Of a stretch of 64,000 bases of DNA, positions 54,350-64,000 are shown piece after piece (within the stretch, counting starts at the first letter, position 1; each line of letters starts with the position of its first letter). The stretch is from an uncultured delta proteobacterium (lineage in GTDB: Bacteria > Myxococcota_A > Polyangia > Haliangiales > Haliangiaceae): contig CAWKDB010000010.1 of the NCBI GenBank assembly GCA_963848295.1, forward strand, positions 64,001 through 128,000. Direction: 5' to 3'. A program made the translations under genes and the position numbers. The notes under the pieces are model-generated. The model was not told the origin of the DNA and did no database searches. It was given only the letters and a program-made list of their open reading frames with translations.

Positions 54350-57007
54350 CTACCCTGCGGTCTGGAGGCCGGCCGCGATGCCGCCGATCGTCGTGGAGAC
54401 GATCCGTCCGAGCCGCGCGTGATCGCCGAGCGCGGCGCGCCGGCGGAGGAGCGCTTCGATCTGGATGTGCGACAGCAGATCGAGGTGAGGATTGCGCCGG
54501 GCGACCGAGGTCGCGAGGTACGGGCGGTTCACGAGTGGATCGGTGATCGCCAAGGTCTCGTGCAGGGCAGCGACCGTGCGCGCGTGCTCGGTCTCGATCA
54601 GCTCGAACAGCTTTGCGGCGTCTGGATCGGCAAGCCTCGCGTACTCGCGGGCCACGTCGATGTCGGCGCGCACCAGTGAGAGCTCGCAGTTTCGGATCAG
54701 GGCTCGAAAGAACTTCGACCGGCGCACGAGGTCGCGCACGCCATCGACGCCGAGCTCCGACGCGAGCGCCTCGATCGCGGTGCCGACCCCGAACCATCCG
54801 GGAATGCCGTGGCGGCTCTGGGTCCAAGAGAACACCCACGGAATCGCGCGCAGCGACTCCAGCGTGAGGCCGCCTTTGCGCGACGCCGGCCGCGAGCCCA
54901 GCGGGAGGTGCGCGACGTCTTCGATAGGGGTTGCCGCGAGTGTGTACCGCGCGAGCCGATCCTCGTCGGCAGTCAGCTCGAGATACGCGAGCCGAGCGGC
55001 GGCCGCGGCGCGTTGAAGCATCGGGTCGTCGGCCAGATCGTCGTCGCGCTTGCGGTCGCAAGTCGCCGCGAGCACGGCGGCCAGCGTCTGCTCGAGATCG
55101 CGCTCTGCGATCTCGGGTTGGGCGTAGCGCGCCGTGACCGTCTCGCCCTGCTCGGTGACGCGGAGACGTCCGCGTACCGCCGACGCCGGTTGCGCCAGGA
55201 TCGCGTCGCTCTCCGGTCCGCCGCCGCGGCCGAGCGCGCCGCCTCGACCGTGGAAGATCGTGAGCATCACACCGGACTTGTTGGCCACGGCGGCGAGCTC
55301 GACTTGCGCGTGACGCAGCACGACCGCCGCCGCGACGTACCCGACCTGCTTGCCGGAATCCGAGTACCCGATCATCACCTCGAGCTCGCCGCGGAGCTCG
55401 GCCGATAACGCGGGCTGTGCGAGGATGTCGGTCGCGATCGCTCCCGCGCGCGACAGGTCCTCGAGTTGCTCGAGCAGCGGCACCGGCCGGAGCTCACCGG
55501 GCGCGAGGCCGGCAGCACGAGCAAGGAACGCGACCTCGAGCAGATCCGAGACCTCGCGCGTGAAGCTGATCACGTAACGCTCGCAGGCGCGCGGTCCGAG
55601 CTCGCGGCGCGCGCGACCTATCGCATCGAGCGTCGCCAGCAGATCCTTCGTTGCTTCGGAGGCACCTTGCCGATCGCGCTCTGGCGCAAATGGCCGAGCG
55701 AGGACTTCGCCGAGCACCTTCCGTCGGGCCGCCTCGTCGCGAGCGAGATACCCGGTCACGCCACCGCGGGTCAGCAGCTCGCCGACGACGCGCTCGTGAA
55801 CGCTTGAATGTTGGCGCAGGTCGAGCGATGCGAGGTGAAACCCGAAGACGTCGACGCGGCGTCGAGCGTCGCGGAGCTCTTCGTTAGCGACCTCGGCGAG
55901 CCCGGCCGCGCGCAGGTTGCGATCGAGGAGGTCGAGCTCGTCGTGGTATGCGGTCGCATCGACGTAAGCTTCGTCGCGTTGGTCGAGCGTCGCGCGCAGC
56001 CGCGCCTGCATGTACCAGAGCTTCTCGCGCCATGGCTCGTACGCGGTTCGCGGCCGGGCCCGGGCGGCGACTTCCGGGAGGCGCTCGCGATCGAGCGCGA
56101 GAGACCTCTCGAGCTCCTCGATCGACCCGGCCGACCCGTTGGCGCGCAGCGACGACACCGACAACGTCCGCCCGAGGGTCACGACGTCTTCGAGGTAACG
56201 CGAGATCGCGACCGTGCGCTGACGAGCGAGCGCCGTGCGCGTCACCGGTGCGGTGACGTTCGGGTTGCCGTCGCGGTCGCCGCCGACCCAGGTCCCCCAC
56301 CGCAGGAACGTCGGGAGCCGCCAGGTCTCGCCGAGGCGCTGCCCGAGCCGATCCTCCGCGGTCCGATAGATTCGCGGCGTCACATCCAACAGCGAGCGGC
56401 GAAACACGTCGAGAGAGTTCTCGATCTCGTCGATCGGCGTGGGACGCCGCGCACGCGAATCCTCCGAGGCGAGGAGCGCGAGGACCTCGGCCGCGAGCAT
56501 CTGTTTGGCACGCGCGCGCCCGGTCCGATCGAGGTCATCGAGGATCGCGGTGATCCTCGCGAGGTGATCGAGCGCGGTCCGGCGTCGCGCCTCGGTGGGA
56601 TGAGCCGTCAACACCGGCATGACCAACGCCGCATCGAACAGGGTGCGTAGCTCGGGTGCGGTCGCGCCGGCATCGATCACGGAATCGATCGTTGCTGCTA
56701 GGCCGTCGGGGATGCGATCGCCACGCGATCGAAGCGTGCGGAGACGTTGGCGCTCCTCGGCGATGTTCATCAGGTGGCACCACAGGGCCTGCGCACGCGC
56801 CACTTCTTCGAGCTCACCCTCGGTGAGATGGGAGAACTGATCGGCAAGCGCACGTCGTCCGCCGGACAGCTCGCCGGCTCGGAGCTCGGTCGCCGTCGCC
56901 CCCAGGCGTCTACTCAGCTCGAATGCGGACGGTCCATCGAGCGTCGCGACCGCCGCCCACAACGCGTCGACGAGATGCGTGATGTCGCGCTCCAGAGGCT
57001 CGTCCAC
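54350..57007 (-). CDS. ppc: Phosphoenolpyruvate carboxylase
   Basis: VLTAHPTE, WVGGDRDGNP, DLRQHS, VMIGYSDSGK, FHGRGG..GRGG, RVTEQGE, LRAIPWVFSWTQ. Confidence 0.96.
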   Translation of the reverse strand: MDEPLERDITHLVDALWAAVATLDGPSAFELSRRLGATATELRAGELSGGRRALADQFSHLTEGELEEVARAQALWCHLMNIAEERQRLRTLRSRGDRIPDGLAATIDSVIDAGATAPELRTLFDAALVMPVLTAHPTEARRRTALDHLARITAILDDLDRTGRARAKQMLAAEVLALLASEDSRARRPTPIDEIENSLDVFRRSLLDVTPRIYRTAEDRLGQRLGETWRLPTFLRWGTWVGGDRDGNPNVTAPVTRTALARQRTVAISRYLEDVVTLGRTLSVSSLRANGSAGSIEELERSLALDRERLPEVAARARPRTAYEPWREKLWYMQARLRATLDQRDEAYVDATAYHDELDLLDRNLRAAGLAEVANEELRDARRRVDVFGFHLASLDLRQHSSVHERVVGELLTRGGVTGYLARDEAARRKVLGEVLARPFAPERDRQGASEATKDLLATLDAIGRARRELGPRACERYVISFTREVSDLLEVAFLARAAGLAPGELRPVPLLEQLEDLSRAGAIATDILAQPALSAELRGELEVMIGYSDSGKQVGYVAAAVVLRHAQVELAAVANKSGVMLTIFHGRGGALGRGGGPESDAILAQPASAVRGRLRVTEQGETVTARYAQPEIAERDLEQTLAAVLAATCDRKRDDDLADDPMLQRAAAAARLAYLELTADEDRLARYTLAATPIEDVAHLPLGSRPASRKGGLTLESLRAIPWVFSWTQSRHGIPGWFGVGTAIEALASELGVDGVRDLVRRSKFFRALIRNCELSLVRADIDVAREYARLADPDAAKLFELIETEHARTVAALHETLAITDPLVNRPYLATSVARRNPHLDLLSHIQIEALLRRRAALGDHARLGRIVSTTIGGIAAGLQTAG

Positions 57008-57176
57008 GCTCCCGTTGTAGTAGATGACGGTCGGACAAGCAGCCCATCCGGAAGCCGATCATCGTCACCGTCAGCGCGACGGCGATGGCGCCGACGTGCG
57101 GCCGACTCACCTGACTCGATCCGAGCGCATGGCGGCGAGCGCGGTACGCTTCGAGCATCCAACCGCTGGAGGAGTC

Positions 57177-57308
57177 ATGTGGGACCTCGGAACAAACCAT
57201 CCGGACTACACCTACTCGAACGACGACGCGCAGGCCAAGCTGGCCCTGGTCTTGAGCTCGGTCGCCGCGACCGTCTGGGTCTGGATCATCCTCGTCGTCG
57301 TCGCGTGA
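57177..57308 (+). CDS. Small single-TM protein (43 aa)
   Basis: GGAGG RBS before the ATG; hydrophobic C-terminal helix. Confidence 0.5.
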   Translation: MWDLGTNHPDYTYSNDDAQAKLALVLSSVAATVWVWIILVVVA

Positions 57309-57319
57309 GCCCGCGCCGA

Positions 57320-57850
57320 TCAAACCCTCGCGCCGGCCGCGTGGATCGCGGTCTCGGTGGCGCCGGTGCGTAGCAAGATCGCCCGGGCGCGGTCGACCTC
57401 GCCCGCCGTGCCATGAACCGCAAGGACGAATTGATCGGCCTTGAGAGCGCGCTCGTACCGGATGACGCTGTCCTTGGGGATCCCGACGTTGTACAGCGCG
57501 GCGCCGACCACGCTCAGGCCGCCGACGACGACCGCGCCCTCGAGCACACCCACGAGCCAGCTGACGACCGGCCCGGCGAGGGCCAGCGGTCCGATCCCCG
57601 GCACGATGAAGAACGCGCCCCCGAACAACGCGCCCCACAACCCGCCCCAGAACGCACCGCGCGTGCCCCAGGCCTTCAGTCGATCGCCGTGGTTGTAGTA
57701 CCCGACGACTTGTTCCTCGGTGTGATAGTCGCGCCCCATGATCGACAGCGACTTCATGTCGACCCCGGATCGTTGCAGCTCCTTGACCGCGGCCTCGGCC
57801 AACTGGTGAGTCGGATAGATCGCCACCGCGATGTCGTCGTGGTTCGGCAT
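57320..57850 (-). CDS. General-stress-protein-17M-like membrane protein
   Basis: AEAAVKELQRSG..LSIMGRDYHTEEQVVGYY; glycine zipper; GIPKDSVIRYE. Confidence 0.8.
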   Translation of the reverse strand: MPNHDDIAVAIYPTHQLAEAAVKELQRSGVDMKSLSIMGRDYHTEEQVVGYYNHGDRLKAWGTRGAFWGGLWGALFGGAFFIVPGIGPLALAGPVVSWLVGVLEGAVVVGGLSVVGAALYNVGIPKDSVIRYERALKADQFVLAVHGTAGEVDRARAILLRTGATETAIHAAGARV

Positions 57851-57939
57851 GGTCGTTCTCCCTTCACCGGGTACGACGCACGCTGCATCGCGACGTTCAG
57901 CTGCGCGCACCGAGGCGACGCCGCACGCCGGGCGAGCGG

Positions 57940-58347
57940 TTACGCGTCGCCGGGCGGCGCGTATTGCAGCGCGGCGGCTCGGATCACGTCGAGATCGAAC
58001 GGCTTGTCGATCACGCACGAGGCGCCGAGCCGTCGTGCTTCGGCGCGAGTGACCTCGTCGGCAAACGCGGTGATCAAGATGAACGGCATCGACCAGTCGA
58101 CCGCGCGTAGATGCGCGAGGACCTCGAGGCCGGTCAGCGACGGCATCCGTTGGTCTGCGATGATGAGATCGACGCAGCGCTGATCGCGCGCGGAGATGAT
58201 CAAGCGACGAACCCAGGCTTCGAGCTCGAAGCCATCGCTCGCGTCGATGACCCGGAACCGGTCGGTCTCGAGCGAGATCGTGAGCAGATGGCGCAACAGC
58301 GGATCGTCTTCAGCAACCAGGACGACAGGCGATCGAGTCTCGGTCAT
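57940..58347 (-). CDS. Single-domain response regulator
   Basis: VLVAEDD, ADQRMP, ITAF, DKPF. Confidence 0.88.
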   Translation of the reverse strand: MTETRSPVVLVAEDDPLLRHLLTISLETDRFRVIDASDGFELEAWVRRLIISARDQRCVDLIIADQRMPSLTGLEVLAHLRAVDWSMPFILITAFADEVTRAEARRLGASCVIDKPFDLDVIRAAALQYAPPGDA

Positions 58348-59855
58348 GAGGAACCCCTTCCGTGATCGTTCGATGGTGCGGGCGATGGCTGCTCGGGCTC
58401 GAGTGGCAGCGCGATCGCGAATTGACTTCCTTCGCCCGGTTTCGAGCTGACATCGATCCAACCGTTGTGCTCCGCGACGATGCCGTAGGCAACCGAAAGT
58501 CCGAGCCCGGTGCCTTCGCCGACATCCTTCGTCGTGAAGAACGGCTCGAAGATGTGGGGCAGGACGTCCGGCGCGATGCCCGGTCCGGTGTCCGCGATCT
58601 CGATCTTGGCGAAGTCCCCGGCGATCTGCTCCGGATTCTCTAGGTTCGACCCGACGAAGCGAGTGACCTTCACCGACATCCGACCCTTGTGCCCCATCGC
58701 CTGCAATCCGTTGACGACGAGGTTGGTGATCACCTGCTGGATCTGGCCGCGATCGACGCTACAGACGAGGACGCGGTCGCCGACGTCGACGTCGAGGTCG
58801 ACCCGGTGTTGCGACGCGAGCGGCGCGAGCAGCGCGAGCGTGTCCCGCACGAGTGGGCCGACTTCGACGCGCGCCCGTTGCGGGGCGCCGCGTCGCGCGA
58901 AATCGAGCAGCTGGCGAAGGATCTTGGCGACCCGCTGGGTCTGCTCGATGACGATCGACGCGCTGTCGTGATCGCGCGTCCCGGGCGGGTGCCTGCTCGT
59001 GATCAACTGCGCGTGACCGCTGATCACGTTGAGCGGAGTCCCGATCTCGTGCGCCATGCCCGCCGCGAGCTTGCCGACGGTCGACAACCGGTCGGCGTGA
59101 CGGACCAGCTCGAGCGCCGTGATCTTCTCGGTGGTCTCGGCCGCGAGTCGATCGCGCGCCTCGGCGAGGCGATCGCACATGATGTCCACCTCGGCCCCGA
59201 GCTGCCCGAGCTCGTCCTTCTGCGCGAGGTGAAGCCGCGCCGACAGATCACCGCCGCCGATCCGGCGGGTCTGCTCGACCAGCCGATTGACCGGCCGGCC
59301 CACGAGCACCGCGCCGAGCGCGAGCGCCAAGCCTCCGCACAGCCCGACCACGATCAGCGCCGCGATCGTCGCATGTCGAATCGTCCGGTGGATGAGGCTC
59401 TCTTCCCGGGCCAGCGAGCGTTGCACCTCGATCGCGCCGCGCCGCCCGTTCGGCGCCGCCGCGGCGACGTAGGTGAACGTGGAGTCAGCCTGATCGCCGG
59501 CGCGACGCCCACGCACGACCAGCGGTGCGCCGTCGGCCAGCGCCGCGAGCGACGCCGACGTCTCGATCGGCGCATCGCGATCGCTCGCGGCGACGTCGAG
59601 CCACACCCACCGGATCGCGACCCGGTGCTGGCGTCGGTTGGCGCCTTCGACGAGCAGCCGTGCCTCGGCCTCCCCGGCCGAGCGCCACACGCTCGTGGTC
59701 GCTCCCGCGAGCGTTCGACCGAGCATCACATCATCGTCGTGAAGCGCGGCCTCGGACTCGTCGACCTCGCGACCGACGCGAAACCCCGAGCTGACCGCGA
59801 TCACCGGAAGGATCGCGAGCACGAGCCCGATCGTGAGCTTCAGCGTGACGCGCAT
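58344..59855 (-). CDS. HAMP-domain sensor histidine kinase
   Basis: Two TM segments, HAMP, AHEIGTPL, FEPFFTTK.VGEGTGLGL. Confidence 0.92.
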   Translation of the reverse strand: MRVTLKLTIGLVLAILPVIAVSSGFRVGREVDESEAALHDDDVMLGRTLAGATTSVWRSAGEAEARLLVEGANRRQHRVAIRWVWLDVAASDRDAPIETSASLAALADGAPLVVRGRRAGDQADSTFTYVAAAAPNGRRGAIEVQRSLAREESLIHRTIRHATIAALIVVGLCGGLALALGAVLVGRPVNRLVEQTRRIGGGDLSARLHLAQKDELGQLGAEVDIMCDRLAEARDRLAAETTEKITALELVRHADRLSTVGKLAAGMAHEIGTPLNVISGHAQLITSRHPPGTRDHDSASIVIEQTQRVAKILRQLLDFARRGAPQRARVEVGPLVRDTLALLAPLASQHRVDLDVDVGDRVLVCSVDRGQIQQVITNLVVNGLQAMGHKGRMSVKVTRFVGSNLENPEQIAGDFAKIEIADTGPGIAPDVLPHIFEPFFTTKDVGEGTGLGLSVAYGIVAEHNGWIDVSSKPGEGSQFAIALPLEPEQPSPAPSNDHGRGSS

Positions 59856-59970
59856 CCAACCCCGTACGACGACGCGCGGCGCCCGTCGTTCACCGAGCGG
59901 GAATGCACCGACCCGTGGGTCGGTTAACGCGTCAGCGACACCGGGTCTGATTGCCTCGACCCGTGTGGCG

Positions 59971-60354
59971 TTACGACGCTGGCACGGCCGGCGGCTTGAA
60001 GTCGTAGACGAACGTCGCTCGGCCCTCGTTGCGGTCCGGTGGATCGAGCTTGAGGCCGGTCATCGTCTTCAAGACGCAGTCGCCGACCGGCTTCGGCGCG
60101 GTCGACTTGGTCGCATCGACCGTCGCGTCCGCGATGCTGCCGGTCTTCTTCTGAACGACGAACTTGACGGTCACCGTGCCGGCGGCCGTCGCGTCGGCCT
60201 TGAGCGCCTCGTCGTAGCAGCTCTGCAGCGGACCGTTGCCGGTGGCCAGCAACGCGGCCGTATCGGTCCGATACGCCTCGAGCCCTCGCGCCGTGCCGGT
60301 GCAGCCGGACGCGGAGGCGAACAACACGCATGCGATTGCGAGCGATTTCATCAT
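59971..60354 (-). CDS. AgmX/PglI C-terminal-like lipoprotein
   Basis: Lipobox ASGC; LQSCYDEALK...GTVTVKFVV...VGDCV. Confidence 0.7.
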   Translation of the reverse strand: MMKSLAIACVLFASASGCTGTARGLEAYRTDTAALLATGNGPLQSCYDEALKADATAAGTVTVKFVVQKKTGSIADATVDATKSTAPKPVGDCVLKTMTGLKLDPPDRNEGRATFVYDFKPPAVPAS

Positions 60355-60992
60355 GGCGTCTTCCCCTTCGCCGGAGTGTGGTTCGCCGTCTGCGTCGTTT
60401 TCGGCGTGGTCTCACCGACGTCGACCGTCTCGTGTTTTTCCTCGACGACCTTCTCGGCGCCGGTCTTGGGATCGACCTCGACCTTCTTCTTCGTGACGTC
60501 CTGCTCGAGGATCGAGAACTCGACCCGGCGGTTCTTCTCGCGACCGTCGTCGGTGCTGTTGTCGGCGATCGGCTTGTCGACCCCGTAGCCGACCGAGGTC
60601 AGCTCTTTCGCGGAGATTCCGTGACCGGTGAGGTACTTCATCACCGCGGCCGCGCGCTGCGAGGACAGCGTCAGGTTGTGGCTCGCGCTTCCCTCCGAGC
60701 TCGCATAGCCCTCGACCCGGATCCGCTTGATCTGCGGATTCTTCGTGATGACCGACGCGATCTCGTTCATCAGGTCGTCTGATTCCGGCTTGATCGTCGC
60801 CTTGTCGAAGTCGAACTGGATCTTCTCGTGGATCTCGATCTTGTTGTCACGCACCTCGACGCGCGGCGGCGCCGCGGCGACCGGAGCGGCGCTGCCGGTG
60901 ATAGCGAGCGTGCTCTGCCCCTGAAACACGACTGGCTTGCCGCAGGCCATGAGCGAGCCGGCGGCAACCGAGATAAGCAATATTGAGCGCAT
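60351..60992 (-). CDS. OmpA-family lipoprotein
   Basis: LMAC lipobox; IQFDFDKATI, NLTLSSQRA, NRRVEF. Confidence 0.9.
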   Translation of the reverse strand: MRSILLISVAAGSLMACGKPVVFQGQSTLAITGSAAPVAAAPPRVEVRDNKIEIHEKIQFDFDKATIKPESDDLMNEIASVITKNPQIKRIRVEGYASSEGSASHNLTLSSQRAAAVMKYLTGHGISAKELTSVGYGVDKPIADNSTDDGREKNRRVEFSILEQDVTKKKVEVDPKTGAEKVVEEKHETVDVGETTPKTTQTANHTPAKGKTP

Positions 60993-61112
60993 CTTGGGCC
61001 AGGACGGCTCGTCCGGGCGGGTGTTCACGACTCGCCGCGCTTTTGTGCGCGGTTTCGTCTAACTACGCGTCATCACTGGGGTCAGAGATCGCACGATCCG
61101 GAGCTATCGGCG

Positions 61113-62015
61113 CTATTTCTTGGGCGGGGTTCCGAGATCGTCGAGCGGAGGCAAATCGGACAGGTTGGGCTGCAACACGATCTCGATCCGGCGGTTTTGA
61201 GCCCGGTGCTCGTTCGTGTCGTTGGGGCCGATCGGATCGAACTCGCCATACCCGGCAGCGGCGAGCACCTTCGGGTTCATGCCCTGGGCGATGAGATAGT
61301 GGACGACCTCGACCGCACGCCGCGTCGATAGCTCCCAGTTCGACGGAAACAGCTCGGTGCGGATCGGCACGTTGTCGGTGTGGCCGGCGACGAGGAAGTC
61401 GCGATCGGGGACGGTCGCGAGCACCTGAGCGACCTTCGCGAGCGCGGCCTTGCCGTCGGCCTTGACGTCGGTCCGCCCCGAGGCGAACAAGATGTCGTTC
61501 GGCAGCGCGATGATCATCCGGCCGCCGCGGATCACGACCTTGAGCTGGCCCGAGTCGATCATCGAATGCAACTTCGCGACGAGGTTGCGGAACGTCGCCG
61601 CGCGCGCTTCGGCTGCGGCGGCCTGCTTGCGAAGCTCGTCGAGCCGCGCCGAGGTGTCGGCCATCGCCTGGGTGAGGGCGCCGCGCTCCTTCACGAGGCT
61701 GTCGACGTTCTGGCCGAGCTTCTCGAGCCGAGACTTGAGTGTCGTGATCAGCTGCGTGTCGTCGTCGAGCTGCTTCTGAAGCCCAGCTTTCTCGGCGACC
61801 GCTTTGTCGAGCGCGGCCTGCGTGTCGGCGAGCTTGCTCTGTTGCTCGAGAAAGTTCTTCTGCGCCGTCGCGATCTGATCGGACAGCGACGACTCGCGCT
61901 GCTTGGCCGCCGCGGCATCGGATTCGCGCGCCTTCGTAAGGTCAGCGATCTTGCGGTTGTAGGTGCCGCTACTGACGCATGCAGACAGGGCGAGGACCGC
62001 GATCAGCGCTTTCAT
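61113..62015 (-). CDS. OmpA/MotB-family lipoprotein with coiled coil
   Basis: LSAC lipobox; ILFASG, GHTDN, SNWELSTRRA, NRRIEI. Confidence 0.9.
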   Translation of the reverse strand: MKALIAVLALSACVSSGTYNRKIADLTKARESDAAAAKQRESSLSDQIATAQKNFLEQQSKLADTQAALDKAVAEKAGLQKQLDDDTQLITTLKSRLEKLGQNVDSLVKERGALTQAMADTSARLDELRKQAAAAEARAATFRNLVAKLHSMIDSGQLKVVIRGGRMIIALPNDILFASGRTDVKADGKAALAKVAQVLATVPDRDFLVAGHTDNVPIRTELFPSNWELSTRRAVEVVHYLIAQGMNPKVLAAAGYGEFDPIGPNDTNEHRAQNRRIEIVLQPNLSDLPPLDDLGTPPKK

Positions 62016-62110
62016 CGGGACTAAAGACGATGGTCCGAACCTCGCGTTCACGATTTTCGTGAACGTCGATCCGATACGGGCGTCGTTGTGGGCAGCAAAG
62101 GAGCCAAGTC

Positions 62111-62839
62111 ATGCGTCTGTCCGCCTTGTTAGTTGTCACTGCAGCGATCGCCCCGGCGGTTGCTTCGGCCGCCCCCACCACCCACGAGTGGAAGCTCGAC
62201 CGACCGGTCGTCAGTCGATTCTGGCCCGCGAAGGGTGACCCTGGCACGAAGGTCACGATTCATGGCCAGAACTTCGCGACCGATAGCGTCGTCGTGTGGG
62301 GCGGAGCCACCATTCCCGGAGCCCACGTCACGCCGACCGAGATCTCGTTCACTGTCCCGCACGGCGCGAAGACCGGAGAGCTCGAAGTTCGCGAAGGCGC
62401 GCACGAGCTACCGGTCGGGACGTACCAGGTCGAGCACTACGACGCCGCTCGCGATCTAGCGAAGCTCGACGCCGACCGCAAGCAGCAGGCCGAGGCTGCG
62501 TGGAAGACCCGCCAGGCCGCGCTCGCGAAGGACGCGACCGCGCGCGCGGCGGATCTCGCGAAGAAAGAACATGACCTCGAAGCGACGCGCGACAAACGAC
62601 GAGAGGTCGAGTTGTCCGAGCTGCGGACCAAGTGGCATGCGCCGGTGCTCGCTAACCCCGACGTCCAGGCCGAGCTCACCCTGCACGCTCAGCGCACCGC
62701 CGAGCTCGATCGCATGGATCGACTGGCCGCGGCAAAGGCCGACGGCAAGCTCGCCGTCCGCATCCAGGTCGCCTTGGCGAAGGAGAACGATCGCCACGAG
62801 CAGCGGATGTCCACCTTCCAGAACATGAGCAAGAAGTGA
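62111..62839 (+). CDS. Secreted IPT/TIG-domain protein with coiled-coil tail
   Basis: Signal peptide; P.KGDPGTKVTIHGQNF, EISFTVPHGAKTG. Confidence 0.75.
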   Translation: MRLSALLVVTAAIAPAVASAAPTTHEWKLDRPVVSRFWPAKGDPGTKVTIHGQNFATDSVVVWGGATIPGAHVTPTEISFTVPHGAKTGELEVREGAHELPVGTYQVEHYDAARDLAKLDADRKQQAEAAWKTRQAALAKDATARAADLAKKEHDLEATRDKRREVELSELRTKWHAPVLANPDVQAELTLHAQRTAELDRMDRLAAAKADGKLAVRIQVALAKENDRHEQRMSTFQNMSKK

Positions 62840-62847
62840 GGTCCGCC

Positions 62848-63159
62848 ATGAAATCGATCATCCTGGTGCTCGGCCTGGCCGCAGTCACCACCGGCTGCAA
62901 GAAAAAACACGCCGAAGAAGCGACCGCACCAGCGGCGGCGAACAACTCGATGAACGGCTCGGCCAACGGCTCGGCGATGGCGGGCAGCGGTAGCGCGGCT
63001 GCGATGGCCGCGGGGTCCGGCGCAACGGCGAGCGGGAGCGCGACGGCGCCGGCAGATCTGCCGACCTCGGTCGACTTCGAGGCCCAGGCGAGCAAAGATG
63101 TGACCGATTCCAACCTAGAGGCCAAGCTCGGCGCTCTCGAGAAACAGCTCGCAAACTGA
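62848..63159 (+). CDS. Small lipoprotein
   Basis: TTGC lipobox; Ala/Gly/Ser linker. Confidence 0.7.
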   Translation: MKSIILVLGLAAVTTGCKKKHAEEATAPAAANNSMNGSANGSAMAGSGSAAAMAAGSGATASGSATAPADLPTSVDFEAQASKDVTDSNLEAKLGALEKQLAN

Positions 63160-64000
63160 CGACACCAGCGGATTCCCAGGAACGAGCGCGGGTCCTCGCG
63201 CTCCTGAAGCGCTACGGCTGGAACGCGACGTCGTTCCAGATCCTCGAGCCTGGCTATCGCTATTGGTTCGACGGCGACGACGCGTGCGTCGGTTACGTCG
63301 ATACCGGCCGCGCGTGGGTCGTTGCGGGATCGCCGATCGGCCCGGCCGAGCGCATCGCCGGCGTGTGCGAGCGCTTCATCGCGCATGCCGCGGCGGCTCG
63401 ACGGCGCGTTTGCTGCTTCGGAACCGAGGCGCGGTTCAGCGAGGCGACTGGTTGGCCCGCGCTTCGAGTTGGCGACCAGCCGATCTGGGATCCGGCCGAG
63501 TGGACGCGCGTCGTCGGCGAAGGTCCGAGTCTACGCGAACAGCTCCGTCGCGCGCGCGCGAAGGGCGTCGTGGTGCGAGCCGTCGCCGAGTCCGAGCTAG
63601 CGCCCGATCATCCGACGCGCGCTCGTCTGGAGGTGGTGATCCGGAGGTGGCTCGCGACCAGGTCGATCGCGCCGATGGGCTTTCTCGTCCAGGTCGATCC
63701 GTTCACGTTTCCCGAGGAACGGCGTTGCTTCGTGGCCGAGCGCGACGGTGCGACCGTGGCGTTCCTCGGCATCATCCCGATCTACGAGCGCCGCGGCTGG
63801 TTCTTCGAGGATTTCCTGCGCGACCCGGAGGCACCGAATGGAACGGTCGAGCTGCTGGTCGACGCGGGGATGCGCGCCGCCGCGGCCGAGGCCGTTCCGT
63901 TCGTCACGCTCGGACTGGTACCGCTCGCCGGCGAGGTGACCTCTTGGCTGCGAGCGGTGCGCCGACTCGGCCGTTCGCTCTACGACTTCGACGGGCTGCG
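63156..64000 (+). CDS. DUF2156 / phosphatidylglycerol lysyltransferase C-terminal-like protein (runs off the window)
   Basis: Manual translation: LLKRYGWNATSFQ, WVVAGSPIG, LREQLRRARAKG, RDPEAPNGTVELLV, TLGLVPL, LYDFDGLR; start proposed at CTG. Confidence 0.8.
   Translation, partial: MTTPADSQERARVLALLKRYGWNATSFQILEPGYRYWFDGDDACVGYVDTGRAWVVAGSPIGPAERIAGVCERFIAHAAAARRRVCCFGTEARFSEATGWPALRVGDQPIWDPAEWTRVVGEGPSLREQLRRARAKGVVVRAVAESELAPDHPTRARLEVVIRRWLATRSIAPMGFLVQVDPFTFPEERRCFVAERDGATVAFLGIIPIYERRGWFFEDFLRDPEAPNGTVELLVDAGMRAAAAEAVPFVTLGLVPLAGEVTSWLRAVRRLGRSLYDFDGL

Overview
GC-rich bacterial chromosome segment, probably Myxococcota (inferred from Ser/Thr kinase-TPR/PEGA pairs, an AgmX-like lipoprotein and myxobacterial-type secreted proteins). 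Housekeeping content includes accA, miaA, mutL, a pentose-phosphate operon (tal-pgi, gnd, pgl, glk, zwf, HAD, convergent rpiB) and ppc. Other genes include a ClC channel, HPF, two two-component systems (one RegB/RegA-like) and a BlaI/M56 module. Three features stand out. (1) A 54-57 bp two-hairpin repeat flanked by TCGA-like duplications sits in-frame inside five protein-coding genes, including mutL, and is amplified 6x in one of them. (2) A tRNA-Sec has its 3' 64 bp duplicated 754 bp downstream, bracketing an integrase-free islet that carries only a MazF/PemK-type toxin-antitoxin pair; an apparently foreign block follows. (3) Contractile-injection-system-like parts are scattered: an orphan tandem gp19-type tube protein and an Afp15-like AAA ATPase. 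All family calls come from motifs recognised by eye; no searches were run.
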